Source: Toensbergia leucococca
Taxonomy: Eukaryota
DNA length: 64,000 bases
Direction: 5' to 3'
Assembly: GCA_022813965.1 (NCBI GenBank)
Contig: JALDZS010000019.1
Location: 1-64,000, forward strand
Position numbers and translations under genes: made by a program
Notes under the pieces: generated by a model
Database searches by the model: none
What the model was told of the DNA's origin: nothing
What the model saw: the letters and a program-made list of their open reading frames with translations, nothing else
In this document: in pieces, positions 50,895 through 64,000 of the stretch
Layout: every line of letters begins with the position of its first letter
Position numbering within the stretch: the first letter of the stretch is position 1

Positions 50895-51284
50895 CTGTCC
50901 GGGCGCAATATTCTATCACACTGAGAAATATTACGATTTTGTATCACATGTTAATTCAATTTCTTCACCTCTAATGCATGCCGTTTACCTGCTTGAATGC
51001 GCGCGATCCAGAAGCAATATCACATTGGAAGTCATCTTGACTTGACACCATTTTTCCTTTTGATTCTCCGACCTCCCAACCTTGGCGCAATCACAGAAAA
51101 ATCACAATATCGCATCACAATTTCCTTGATTCTCCACCTGAAATATAGTGCGCTCGCGGCGGCACCAGCGGTAGAATACTCGTAGGGCTGCGCTTAGCTA
51201 GCCTTTCTCAGGGTTACCTACCGAGCCTACCTACCTTACTTGAGACACCATTTGAGGATTGAAGAAGTTCATCCTGATATTGAG

Positions 51285-51998
51285 ATGAATGATGAGGGAG
51301 AGGAATACTTCGTTCCTTTGCAGGACCAACGAGTCTTTGGCGCCGGTGTCAGGAGGAAGCGCATAGACTTCATACCTGCTGAACAAAACTCCACCGATAC
51401 CATAACACAGACTAACAGCACCACAAATATTGGGGACCGCTACCTGTCTATAGTCTTGAGCAATAGCAAGACCTTAGGCAAAGCCGAGCCGCAAGAGACT
51501 GCTGCTCAAGGGGAAGACCTGGCTACAAAATCACACAAGAAAAGACATCTCGATATGCCCCTATGCGAGATCTGTAACCTCCCAATAGCGTCTACAGAGG
51601 AAACTGAGATTACCAAATTAAGACCTCATGAAGCTTCATTGGCCCATCAGGTCTGTCTCTCACATTCAGATCCGCCATCGCATCTTGACCGCAACCGTTG
51701 TGGGCTAAAGTACCTTTCGTCTTACGGTTGGGACCCAGACAGCAGGCTGGGTTTGGGTGCAACCGGCCGCGGTATACGTGTGCCTATCAAAGAGACACCG
51801 AAGAACGACACGGTGGGGTTGGGACTTACTCGGACAGCGCAGAGTGTAAATATAAGGAAAGTGACTGGGCGGAGAGTGGAGAAGCTTGATGCGAAGCAAA
51901 TGCGGAAAAGGGAGGTGGAGGAGAGGAGGAAACGGGAGAAGTTGCAGGATATGTTCTTTCGTAACGATGATCTGGAAAAGTATCTGGGGCCAGGATAA
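51285..51998 (+). CDS. G-patch domain protein (GPANK1-like) with zinc-finger-like motif
   Basis: FGAGVRRKRIDF, CEIC...HEASLAHQ, G-patch GLKYLSSYGWDP...GLG..G.GIRVPI...KNDTVGLG. Confidence 0.82.
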   Translation: MNDEGEEYFVPLQDQRVFGAGVRRKRIDFIPAEQNSTDTITQTNSTTNIGDRYLSIVLSNSKTLGKAEPQETAAQGEDLATKSHKKRHLDMPLCEICNLPIASTEETEITKLRPHEASLAHQVCLSHSDPPSHLDRNRCGLKYLSSYGWDPDSRLGLGATGRGIRVPIKETPKNDTVGLGLTRTAQSVNIRKVTGRRVEKLDAKQMRKREVEERRKREKLQDMFFRNDDLEKYLGPG

Positions 51999-52454
51999 TA
52001 AATAGCACAAAACGTCACCAGTAGCCTATCGGCGGCCAGCCGACAACAATATACTCCGGAAATAAGATACGGCTTAGATGAAATATCGAATGTTTGTACT
52101 TGTCCAACCAAGGTAATCACAGGAATCAAAAATCTATCCAGACACCATGGCCCAGAGATGAAGAGAGGTCTACTGTACACATCCCATTGCACTACAATGA
52201 ATCGGCTGGGCCATACTTTGTGACTCGTTACTTCTCATACCATAATCTTCACGGTACAATTCAGCCAAAGCAATAGTAACAATGGTATCCGCAGGAAATC
52301 CCGATAAATGCACCCAGAGCACGTACACCTTCTAATGCAGCGAGTGGTAGATCAGGCCTTTTCCTGTCGTCATACCTTGCTTGGTCCGTAGATGCATGTC
52401 CCTTATCGAAGCTGTCAGAAAACAATATGAAATGTCAACATGTGATCGTTCTTG

Positions 52455-54998
52455 TTATTTTTTCTTCGAGCTAAAAAAATGGAGCTTCTTCTTTTTTTCC
52501 GTGTCTCGCTCCTTATCTTTCTTTGCTGTTTTGCTACCATCAGGGAGTGGGGCTGTCAATGGTGGAGCTGGCAAAGAGTGAATGTTTAATGCCCCATTAG
52601 AGAAGCCATTGGAATCGGATCCGTTCGTATTCAGATTAAGTGCGCTTAGACTAGCCGTTGGCGCATGTTGCATTTGCCCTGGGTTCGAGAGCTGAGGTTT
52701 TGGTGGTAGATTTACCTCTCTTTCAAATAGGTGAGCAGGAGCTTTGGGCTGTGGCCGCTCTGCAGGGAGGTCCAACCGTCTTTTATCAACACTCAGATCC
52801 CCAACTTGCCTAAGGAAAAGACCCGGATTCAACATATGGGATGTTGCCAAAAAAACGTCTTTGGAGAAAGATCGACTAATTTCGTAGCAGGATCTCGACT
52901 CAGAGTAAGTAGCGCCGCCCGCAACAAAGATAATAATGCGTTGTCTCGGCTCCATTGCTGACGAGCGAGTTCTGGCCCAAGTTGGTTTTGCACTACGTAA
53001 CGACGCTTGGGATTGATTGTCTTGGCCCAACAATCCTTCAGCCGCGTCAAGGTGTGGCTTCGTGAAAGGAAACATGTTTTGATCGAGTGAACCTCGAATA
53101 TGCTCTTCAAGCATTGGTTTGATCGTGGGGGAGAACCTTGACAACCCCGACTCTTCCATCCCTAGCTGTGGCTGTGTCCTGCCAAATAGCGGTTGGAAAA
53201 CAGGCCTCGTATCCTTCAGAGACCTAGAGACACGAGCACCCAGCAATTCAAGATTGTGAATTACCTCTCCATCTTGGGCAGGCAGTCGGGCATGCGCGAG
53301 AAGTTTTTGGGTATCTGAGGGAAGTAGGCCATCTCGATAGAGAAGATACTCCATGATGAGTCGAAGTCGATCAGGGAAGGTAATAGCTTCATCATCCAAC
53401 AGCCGTACAACCTGGTCTGTGAGATTTCTTGGTTTCTTGTAGTCTTCGTCCAGCCCAGTGGCGAGTGCTTGCTCCGCCGAGGCTATATCCACAAGTCGAC
53501 ATTTCTGAAAAACATTCATGCATTCTTGAGCCATGCCAAGATGCAGTGAGTAAGCCTCTTTCCCTTTTTGGAATTGCGGCAAACCTGCGAGCATGTCTTT
53601 GATATTGTTCAAACTGTTTGCATTCTCGCTGCTGTAACATGAGAAACATCAACTCCTACTTCTGGCGATATGACAAGGTAAGAGGCATTTCGATAACGCA
53701 CTCACCTCTCTGCAAATTGCGGGTTTTCGGCCCTAAATTTATTGAAATCACCGACCAGCTTCTCTAAAAGGTCTTTCATATGAAGGTGGCGATTCTCAAC
53801 CCAGATCTTGTCCTTCTCGCTTATCTCTACATCCTTCTCCTCGCCGGTTTGGTCTTGGTTAATCACAGTCTTGTATAATATTTTATCTCCTTCCGTTATT
53901 GGCAGTAAATCGTGCACCATAGCCTGATATGTGAACTCGTGGACGAGAGGGGCAAAAAGATCCATTGATCGATCAGTGATTATCAAGGAACCCCGGGGCC
54001 TCGGCGAAGGCGGCGGAAAGTCCTCGTGGTGCTTAGCATAATGATCTAGCTCAAGCTGTACGAAGCGCGCAAGATGAGTGCATAGAACGCTAGCTTCGTG
54101 TGTTGGGGATTGAGGCTTATAATACCGTATGGTAGGATACTCCCCTAAGGAGACACAAATTGACACTATCTTGAATCATCCATGTCAGCTCTGCGTCTGG
54201 CCGTTCTAGGAATGCATTTCCTCTTCTACTGGGTACCTTTTGTGCTAGATCATCCATGTGCTTTCGGACTAGCTGATTGCATGCAGGGTGAAAAAGTGTG
54301 GGAAAGCTCCAAGGATCTCGAAGTGTGATTAAGTGGGACTCGCGAGGGTAGAAATTAATGTTGACAATTTTGGACCTAACAATCTGTTGCCGTGCTGCGT
54401 TAGATTTATCCAGTCGAGCTTGGAGCTCCGGGTGTAGTACTGGTTCAACAAATATATTAGCCTATCGATACCCCTGGAGGCTCAGCTCCCAATACAAAAT
54501 GTGGTCGTGACTAGAGGGACCAACATGACGTCCAGACTAAATAGGAACTGCGATAGCGCCGACGCTCGAAGTCTGCCATTAAGCAGTCGACTATATGAGG
54601 TTGAGGCGAAAGAAGATAGACAGCGTCCATCTCCTGGTTCATCGGCCTCTTTTGCTCTATTTGCTCGATGTCTAACAATTGGTCAGGTTGGAAAAACGTC
54701 CTCGGAAGTCTTTTCCCAATACACACTGGTAACGTTCTCCTCAAGTATGTCATCTTCTCTAACGACGCTGTCCACGAGCTTTTTGCTTTCGGCGTCCAGC
54801 AAGAGAACTTTCCACTAGAACGCGAGCGATGTTAGCTATGATCGCCTCCATATGAATGAGCAGAAAGGCCGTACCTCTCCATGAGCTACGTTTCTAACAG
54901 TCTCAAGAATGACTAAGAGGCGTCGTCAGTATGTCTCATGGTGGTCTACCAAAGTCAATCTCACTATCTCTCTGAATTGTGATCGCAGAGACCCCCAT
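52455..54998 (-). CDS. SEC1: Exocytic SM protein Sec1, multi-exon
   Basis: WKVLLLD, MDAVYLLSP, SICVSLGEYPTIRYY, ITDRSMDLFAPLVHEFTYQAM, DRLRLI, LSRF, IIIFVAGGATYSESR. Confidence 0.93.
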
Positions 54999-55374
54999 GA
55001 CAATGTGCAAGATTACTTCTCCTCAGAAGCGTTGAATTTGCGAATATTAAAATTGTGGCCTGACGTCGCTCTTGCGTCTTCATGCCGTACGGGTGTGAAG
55101 TTGATTGGAGTTGGAGGCTTGGAGCTCTGTTCACCGATGGGGGTGGGGCCATCTTTTCGCCGCCTAAATTTATCCACTCCCTCAACTTCAAAGTTTCTTC
55201 AGTCCTTCCACTTTGTAATCACAACTAGCACCTAGGACAAAGTTTCCATGTGTCGCCTGATACGTCCTGATATCGATCTTTCAAGGCGCCCAAGCATCTC
55301 GTCAAACACTCAATACTTCGCGCATTTTGTCATAGGCAAAACACATCTGGCTGAACTCGTTCTCTTAACCTGGA

Positions 55375-57783
55375 ATGCTAGCAGGTGACCGAGGCGCTGC
55401 TCAATGTCTCTTGTGCACCTACAAGCTTAAAAAATGGCTATTCGCCGCCGCAAGCCACAATCGTCCCGTGTCTCCTTCCTTGCTCTCGATTGAATGCATA
55501 CGCCGGAGGCGAAATCTATCATCTAGCCAGTCGCAACGACACCAATTGGTATTCTTCAGGCTTCTACCGGGAGAAGACTACAAGCTAATACTACTGTATT
55601 AGAGTCCTCATTTCAAAATCAATAGACGAAAAGATGGCTCAGGTCTGCAATCAGCTTTGCCAGAAATGCGTGAACGAGTCAGAGATACGGACCTTGTTAA
55701 TTTGATAGTAAAACGGTTGGAAATTTTGACAAAGGAAGACGAGGAGTCAAGCTTTTTGGCCTCTCCAAATCATCGAGGAAGGCACGAATTTAGTCAATTT
55801 AGAGGCGAAGCCTTGAGTCAATTTGCACTGTGGAACCATCATAGCTCAGTGGAGAACAAGCCTGCATATTTCGATTCACTGCGCCGAGCCTACCTTGATA
55901 ACGACGTGGCTGGATTGGATGCACAGCTTAAATTCGTTCATCAAGGGACTATTGCAAATCGGGATTTCAGTACCTCGGACATTTTGAATCAGGCAAGGCT
56001 CGCCGACTTGCGCTATCCTGCAGAATGGTACCCGGCAACAAGGCAAGTTCAACGAACGATCCATCTTCATGTTGGTCCAACGAATTCTGGAAAAACATAT
56101 CACGCACTGCAAAGACTGGAGCAGGCGAAGTCCGGGGTTTACGCCGGCCCATTACGATTGCTTGCGCATGAAGTCTACACCAGACTGAATGCTAAAGGAA
56201 AGCCTTGCAGTCTTGTAACAGGTGATGAAAGGCAGTTCCCGGATGGTCCGGAAATACCCTTACTGAATAGCTGCACTGTCGAGATGATGCCAATTAACCG
56301 TGATTTCGATGTTGCTGTAATTGACGAGATCCAAATGATTGGGAATAAAGAACGCGGGTGGGCATGGACAAGTGCTTTCCTTGGAGTCAAGGCTAAAGAA
56401 GTGCATCTCTGCGGAGAGGAAAGAGTCATTCCCCTTATACGAGAGCTCACGGCTTCAATGGGGGAGAGGCTCGAAATCCACCGTTATCAACGATTAAGTC
56501 CGCTGAGAGCCATGACTACTAGCTTACGGGGTGACCTGAGGCAGCTTCGAAAGGGAGATTGCGTCGTATCATTTTCGAGGGTGGGGATTCATGCACTTCG
56601 GCGAGAGATTGAGAACATCACAGGAAAGCGGGTAGCTGTGGTATATGGTAATCTACCCCCAGAGACAAGAGCAGAACAGGCGAGGTTGTTCAATGATCCC
56701 AACAACGATTATGATATTCTGGTGGCGAGTGATGCCATAGGTATGGGTCTCAACTTGTACGTACTATCTTCGTGAGTTGCGGCGGAGGCACTGAAATTTG
56801 TCGTCAGGAGTATTAAGCGCATCATATTCGAGACAACGAGAAAATGGGATGGTATACATTCCACACCCCTAACAATCCCGCAAATCAAACAAATAGCCGG
56901 GCGAGCTGGTAGGTATCGTACAGCGGCACAGTCGCAGCAGAACGGTACTAGTGAGAAAGACATAGCATCAACGGCCCCGAGCGTTGGGATGGTCACAAGC
57001 TTAGAGAGTATTGACCTCCCAATAATCACCAAGGGAATGAAGAGCGAAGCAGAACCCATTATGACAGCCGGGCTGTTTCCTCCTGATTCCATCATACAAC
57101 ATTTCGCAACATATTTCCCGCCAGAAACGCACTTCAGCTACATTCTTCTCCGGTTACATGAATTATCGCGAATACACCCCCGATTTCATCTTTGTATCTT
57201 GAGGGAACAGATTGGAATTGCAGACATCATTCAACCTGTGGAAGGCCTTACCATCGGTGATCGAAACATATTCTGTGTAGCTCCTGTTGCTTTGAGAGAT
57301 CCAGGCTTTCCCGAAATCGTCAAAGCCTTTGCGCAATGCGTCGCAAATCAACGTGGCGGGGCTCTGCTCGAGATACCAGGATTGGATTTAGAAATCCTTG
57401 ATAGTCCCTTCACAAAGGACCGGAGATACTTACGGGAATTGGAAGCCACTCACAAGTCTTTAGTCTTGTACATCTGGCTGAGCTACAGGTTTGCCGGAGT
57501 ATTTACCTCGCGATCGATGGCTTTCTACGTCAAGAGGCTGCTCGAAGAGAAAATTGACACGGTCCTAAAGGAGTTTTCCTCGCATCTAAATAGGCAGAAG
57601 CTTCGGAGCCGGCGCGAAGCATCTATACTTCGGGATGCCAAAGGCGAGGTAGTCGAGGAGGGAAATACCGACGGCAAGCTTGAGGGGGCCAACATTGGGA
57701 ACTCTGAGCAGATAGCTGAGAGTCAGCCCTTGGACTTAATACTAGGAGCTGAATTACCTACACAAGCTGCTGCAGCAGCCTAA
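55375..57783 (+). CDS. SUV3: Mitochondrial ATP-dependent RNA helicase Suv3 (3 exons)
   Basis: Arg-rich presequence exon, PAEWYP, HVGPTNSGKT, GPLRLLAHE, VIDEIQ, RGWAWT, YGNLPPETR, SDAIGMGLNL, QIAGRAGR. Confidence 0.93.
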
Positions 57784-58858
57784 ACAGTTTTCATGTTCAG
57801 CAAATGTACTTTAATGTATCTATCAAGCCTCAAGCTGTTGCTATCGACACCTTTTTTCTAGGCCCTATGTAAATTATTCGTGTCGACATTAGGGGTGGTA
57901 GATTGCAAACTGAAACCAAGCTGTCAGTAATATATACCCATTTTATTCTGACGTTGAATTGGGAGTTATTTTCCACGTTTGATCTTGCTGTTGCATACCT
58001 TGAGCTTCTATCTAAGTTGACGTAATGGTAATTCCTATGATCTGATGATACTCGTTGCTCCGAGTGAACGAGGCATTAGCCTCGCTCTAGGTGCTGAATG
58101 GACAATATCTTCACTCATATTTGTTGGGATTTTCAGATCGGTCAACTGCTGGAGTACTGGAAATAAATCTTAGAGGCTACTAAAACACACATCACACATC
58201 CTCCACAACCCTCTATATTCACTTCCCTTGGAACAAGGTAAATGAATTGGAGGAGTTGCGGACATATGTACGACATATGTTAATCCAAGGCTCAAGGCGA
58301 TGAATGAATTGATAAGAAAGGAGCTTCGAAAGGAGAAGTGCTCCAAGGGGATTTCATTTACAGAGGGATTCCCCTTCTACAGCAATATATTCATAAAGTG
58401 CTTGCGAAGGTCTAGATATGACAGGCTAGCACTCCTCTCAGCATGATTATGAAAGGACTGTCGCAATTTAAACAGAACTCCCAATGGTAGCCGTACAGAG
58501 TGTGAGGACCGATGCGATTGAAAGCAGTAGTGCTTCAGATGATAGAACCTATTTGAATACTGCGATGACAGAAGACTACGTGAATAACGAGGTGAGAACT
58601 TATATACAGAACTCAAAGTTTCAGGATAAAATCATCAGGTCGTAAGAGGGATGTGCGGAGATGATAAGGAGAGAATGAGATACAGTACTCATAATGTCGG
58701 TACGTGAAGGTGATGAGACAAATCATTGCCAATTGTGTGGGTGTAAAATCTCTAAGCAGGGATGACCCTTTGAAGCTATCAAAGATTAGGAGGATAGGAA
58801 ACGAAAAGAAAAAATAACATTGAATAACAAAATATGATGCAGTCGTTTATCTTGGCTA

Positions 58859-59005
58859 GGTCTTATGGTGTAGCGGTTAGCACTTCGTAAGTCCGACTTA
58901 TCCCTAAGTTGTATCTCTAATCCTAATACCAAATAGGGATTCTGATAGTTGTGAACCACTTCCTATATTGTTCCGGCGACCCCGGTTCGATTCCGGGTAA
59001 GACCT
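58859..59005 (+). tRNA. tRNA-Gln(CTG) with a spliceosomal-type intron (58887-58936) and a canonical tRNA intron (58946-58970)
   Basis: Acceptor stem GGTCTTA/TAAGACC, D arm GTG-TAGCGGTTAG-CAC, anticodon stem TC|GGA pairing with TCCGG, loop TT-CTG-A|T, T arm CCCGG-TTCGATT-CCGGG, oligo-T terminator at 59010-59014. Confidence 0.9.
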
Positions 59006-59386
59006 TTCCTTTTTGGATATTTCCTGGTATGATAGATTGTCTCATTTTGTTCCTGTTTGACTTAGGCGAGTTAGGGTTGGGGCTCAAGGGGTCAAATTAA
59101 CCAACAAACAATATTTGTATAAATGGTACGTAAGAACGTGTCGTAATCTTTTGCATTGCTTTATGGATTTTTCAGCATGTTCAAGGTCCATTGAATACTA
59201 GAAGACGCTGCTAAACCTATAAGAGGCAGCTGGCGTGTTGTTGAATCTTTAAGACTCAATCGAAAGCGTCATGGCACATTACTCTATCCAAAAAGGAGCT
59301 GTGACTGGGAATTTCTACTACGTGTCTTCCATTGAAAAGTAAGGTTTCATATAGTAAAGCATATAATAAGCCACAATCGAAGCACC

Positions 59387-62300
59387 TTAACCCCATGTAC
59401 CCCCACCGCCCCCTCTGCCCTGCCTCTTCTGCGCCGATAACCGCCAGTCATCCTCGCCGGCAAATCTGTTATACAACGGTTGTATCCTCTCCGCCTTTTT
59501 CCTCTTAGACAGTCGATCGGTTGCCGCAACTTTAAAGAATGTAGGAGCTGCTTCCACAAGCCACTAAATGCAAGTTAGCACTCCACCTCCATAGCCATGT
59601 TAGCCGACGTACCTTTGGTTCAATGCCCGTCGTGCACTGCATGTACTCCTTTGTCGTCAAAACCAATGTATGGAAAATGACATGTTCGGCGGGTTTACCA
59701 AATAGCGCTGAGCTGGGATGCATGTACACTGGAGTGCCCTCGATAAGAGTCTTGTACCCTTCCTGCGGATCCTTCCTGGCAGCATTCCGGAAGAAGCCTG
59801 AACATAAAGCTTGCCGTACCTTCATAGTATTCCGACCACAAGAGACTACCTGATGCTTGTACCGCTCCATGATGCTGACAAGTTGCTGGCGGACATCCTG
59901 GGCCCGGCGCATCGACCGAGCTTGAATGAAGTTTTCAAAACACCAAGGATTGGAAAACTTCGATTGTTTCCATCCATTGTATACATTCAGCAAGGTCAGA
60001 TGATCCCCATGCGGATCATGAAACTTGGCTTTCTTCTGATCTGCTTGCTGCTGCTTCTCTTTTGGTCTATAGAAAACGGTCTGGACCGAAAGCATAGCGA
60101 CGATACTCAATATTTCGTCCGAGCAGCTTAAGTCGACTGAAGCTATCAGAACCTTTGCAGAAGCAGGTTCCATGGGAAAGTCGGCCATCTTTCGCCCCAG
60201 GCGAGTCAGGAGACCTTCGTCATCAAGGGCAGAGAGGGCGTAAAGCTCTTCAAGCGCTGTAAGCATGGTATTTGTAGGTGGAGGATCCATAAAATCAAAG
60301 TGAAGTAGATCATTAATGCCCATAGCCTTCAGCATTAGGATAGTATTCGATAGATTCTGACGCTGGATCTCGGGTATCGATGTAGGAAGCATCTCGGATT
60401 GGAATGCCGCTTCTGTATAGAGTCTGAAGCACTTCCCGGGGCCTGTTCTACCTGCTCGGCCAGCTCGCTGTTTTGCTTGCGCCTGTGAGATTGGCGTTAC
60501 GACTAATGAGTCCATTCCAAGTTTTGGATCAAAAGCGTTCTGCTTGACAAAACCCGGATCAATAACGTAATAGATCTGATCAATGGTAATGGATGTCTCA
60601 GCAATATTTGTTGCAATGACCACCTTTCTGCTACCAGGCGGTGCAGGCTCGAAAATTTTACTTTGCATCTCACTAGGTAAAGCAGAGTAAACCGGAAGTA
60701 TTATGAGCTCTGGCACACTCGGACCTAGTGCTTTCATCCTTTCATACAGAATCTCACAACTAGTATCAATCTCTTCCTGCCCGGTCAAGAACAGCAGTAT
60801 ATCACCTTGGGGCTCCGTGAGATGGATCTGCATTACAGTGACGAGCGCAGCATCAAGATAGTCCGATTCGGGTTCCCTTGAGTACATGACCTCGACAGGA
60901 TAAGTGCGCCCAGGGATAGTAAAGATAGGACATTTATTGAAATATTCGGAGAATTTATCAGCATCAAGGGTAGCGGAAGTGACAATGAGCCTCAGATCCG
61001 GCCGTCTTTTCAATGTTTTCTTAAGTAGTCCGAAAAGTACGTCTGTTGCTATTGTCCTCTCATGGGCTTCATCCAGCATGATGACCGAGTATCTTTTCAA
61101 ATTCGGATCCAGCAGCACCTCTCTTTGAAGCATACCGTCCGTCATATATTTGATCTTGGTTTCCGGACTCGTACAGTCTTCAAAGCGAATAGTATACCCA
61201 ACTTCTTGACCTAGCCTACAATTGACCTCTTCTGCAACTCGTTTGGCAACAGACATGGCAGCAACGCGACGTGGTTGAGTGCACCCTATCATTCCACCAT
61301 CCGTGAACCCGCCTTCAGCCAGGTACTGTGGTAGTTGTGTAGTTTTTCCCGAGCCAGTATCTCCTACGACAATCATAAGCTGGTTCTCCCTGACCGCATC
61401 CAGGAGCTGCTTGCGGAATTTATAGACCGGTAAGCTTTCTCGTTGCTGCTTTATGGTCATGGACGTTCTTTTGCCAAATGATTGATCTTTGCTTTGAGTC
61501 TCCCGCTTCCATTCCGGCAGGGCATCGGAAACTTTGTGAGCTTGCGGGTTTCGTAGGTCACTAGCAAACTTACGTTGGTCGGGGGCCATCATCGGATCTT
61601 GCCATTGCGCGTTCAGATCAACCTCTGAGGCTTGCTCAGCAGCTTTGTCTTGTGCTTCTTGCTGTCGTAGATCACGGCGTTCCTTAGCCAAAGACGTACC
61701 TGCCATCGCAGCACGATTCATTGAACCATCTGGGGCCTTGACAACCCTTATAGGCGATAATTCCAATGACTGCTTGGTTTGGCCGGCGAGGAAAGGTGGC
61801 TCTTCCTCCCGAACCTCGATATCAACATCCTCCTCCTCCTCAAAATCACCTTCTCCGGCCAATGTCGCATTATACTCCTCGTCGATATCCGGGTAATCCA
61901 ACGCAGAAATCGCTCCTGACGCGATCAATTGTTTAATCTCCCACCTTTCAGGAGAAGTCATTCTCTTCTTGTTTCGTAGCGGCCTTCCATTCATGTCTCC
62001 TTCGATAACAAGTACATCCGAATTCGGACCGCTATATTGACCGTTTTCGTCCCCCGTGGAACCCATCCCATCTAGCCGCTCCATATTCGCCCCAGATGCA
62101 AGTCTCTTCTGGGGCACGAGATCACGACCCGTGACTTGATCAACCTCCTTCATCGACAGCCCTATGCGTGTCCCTTGAATAGTCATCACCTTTACTTTGA
62201 CCGGTTGATTCCGCGATACAAGATCTGAGGGATGATTTACGCGTGCTCCTTCTTGCATAGCAGAGACATGTACTAGTCCGTCAACTTTACCCTTGACACC

Positions 62301-63122
62301 ATGCAAATTAACAAAGGCACCAAAATCTTTGACGCCTGTGACCATCCCATCGTAAATCTTGAACATCTTTGGCCCATCATCAATCTCGGGGGTCGGTGGC
62401 CGCCGAAAGAAATCCTTATCATCTTCCCGGGGGTGTCGCTTGCTGTTTCCGTGCCCATTTGTATGTCCTCCATTCTTGTGGTCATGTCCGTTTGCGAAGT
62501 TGCCAGAACCATCCCGATTTTTTCGGTGTTTATGATGTCTTTCTCGACTGTATGACGGGGATCTTGATCGGCGCCTGTCCTTCTTCCGCCTACCTCGGGC
62601 ATCGTCATCGCCTCCGGGACTTCGACTTCGTTTTCTACCATTTTTATCACCGTGACTATCTTTCGCTTTCCCAGCTAGACCTTCTAGCATGGCAAAAGTA
62701 TCGTCTAGAGCGCCTATTTTGGTGTCTTTGTCCACGGCCTTGCCGTCCTGTATGTCATCGTCCCACTGCTGGTCTCGATCTGGCATAGCTAAGCCCTTAA
62801 AGATCCGTGTCTTCTTCTCCACCTCATCCAGAGCATCATCTTCGCCAGGCGCTTCCCTCCCAGCCATGATGCTGTTCGTCTTACCCCTATGTCTCGGGTG
62901 CATGGTCAAGATCAACCTGTCAACGCTCTCAACCAAGCTCTGAGGAAAATCGGCACCCATGGCTTCCATATTGTCCTTGAATTCGGGTAGGGAGTGACAT
63001 TTCGAGTGCTGTGCTATGACAAATTCAGCGAGGGTTTTGTCGTTGATTCCAAGATGGTTCTGAAGTTCGGAAGTCACTTTCGACACCAGCGATAGCAGCT
63101 CGAGAGAGGCAAGATCATCCAT
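59387..63122 (-). CDS. PRP22: Pre-mRNA splicing DEAH-box helicase Prp22/DHX8 (2 exons)
   Basis: S1 domain (FGAFV...GLVHVS), SPERWEIKQL, GDTGSGKTTQ, DEAH, SAT, QRAGRAGR, C-terminal EPK|WLVEAAP. Confidence 0.96.
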
Positions 63123-63911
63123 GCTTATGATGTGAGAATTAAAGAGGAATTTACATAGCGGGCTTAAGAAATAAGTCCTTCGCCGTTGACTGTTGACCAA
63201 TGGTCGCTTAAAACCCCGCGCTTACAGCCTTACCATGGGTTTACAGCGAAAAGATCTATCTGCAAGGCTGAATGAAGGTCAAACAGAATTGAAAGCCAAA
63301 ACTATTACTGGGGTCCGTCAGAAGTGCAAAAATACAAAAAGCGAGAAAGGTCGTGCCCAGGTTCGAACTGAGGTCGCCGGAAACAATTGATTTTGATATT
63401 TCAAAATCCGGAGTGATTACCACTACACTACACAACCCTGCGATAAAATGGCAAAACATTCTCCTTAATAAAAAATATTTTTCTCTATGCAGTCTGAAAC
63501 TGTCTTGGAATTTTGTGGGGTATCTTCTCCGACACCTTTCGCTCTGCCACTTCTATGAACGCTGTAATCTTTGATGACTGAGACTAGTTGCCAATACATC
63601 GTCGCAAATTGTGAATCAAAAGAAAAGGAGGGTGATAAATTCCAACCGAATGTTTGCTTATGGTCAGCGTACTTTTGCATTCCCTGAAGCAGCGTATTCC
63701 ATGCGAGATCAAATTTCAAGTCTGATGCTCTTGACTGCACACGTTGGTCTCGTTGCTTTTGAATCACTCGATAATCTGTTCGCGATTCTTCGACCAATTC
63801 AATCATGAAGATCAATCTCTACGACTATTTTGTCTGCTGTTTCTTATGTACACCCCACTTCCCCATCGTAAATATATAGTACCCAAGCGTCTCCTCCCAT
63901 ACTTTCCCTCT

Positions 63912-64000
63912 CTACTTCCACCGGCTCTCACGCTCCAACGCCTTATTTTCTAGTTCCTCCCACTTCACCTGCCAATCCCTCAGCCACGCCTCCATATCCT
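63912..64000 (-). CDS. Probable 3' end of an unidentified gene entering from beyond the window
   Basis: Open frame from the window edge, DMEAWLRDWQVKWEELENKALERESRWK*, with helical protein-like composition. Confidence 0.4.
   Translation of the reverse strand, partial: DMEAWLRDWQVKWEELENKALERESRWK

Noticed and set aside
58036..58100. Possible C/D snoRNA (TGATGA...CTGA with internal hairpin)
   Set aside because: Too short, weak terminal stem, no recognisable rRNA guide.
63465..63815. 116-aa minus-strand ORF
   Set aside because: TTG start and no motif; lies in the probable 3' UTR/PRP22 promoter interval.

Overview
A 64-kb window of filamentous ascomycete (Pezizomycotina) nuclear DNA, judged from short GT-AG introns with CTAAC/CTGAC branch sites and RIP-like mutated repeats. 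A lichen-forming lineage is plausible but cannot be proven from the sequence. The left end holds a RIP-degraded piggyBac and three secreted-protein genes (RNase T1-like, a small Cys-containing protein, an A1 aspartic protease). Most of the rest is conserved housekeeping genes: TRS85, CHMP7-like, RAD18, POL32, an omega-like GST, UBA1, GH125, PDX3, a PPR protein, ERG8, UBL3-like, UMP1, an SDR, a G-patch protein, SEC1, SUV3 and PRP22. Interspersed are an AT-rich RIP block with a nested non-autonomous LTR element, a TRIM, two MITE/foldback elements, a pseudogene and a divergent pair of His-rich proteins. The standout is a tRNA-Gln(CTG) gene at 58859-59005 with two introns. One is a canonical tRNA intron after position 37. 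The other is a 50-nt spliceosomal-type intron (GTAAGT...CTAAT...TAG) in the anticodon stem, whose exact removal restores the cloverleaf. Product names come from motif recognition only; no database searches were run.
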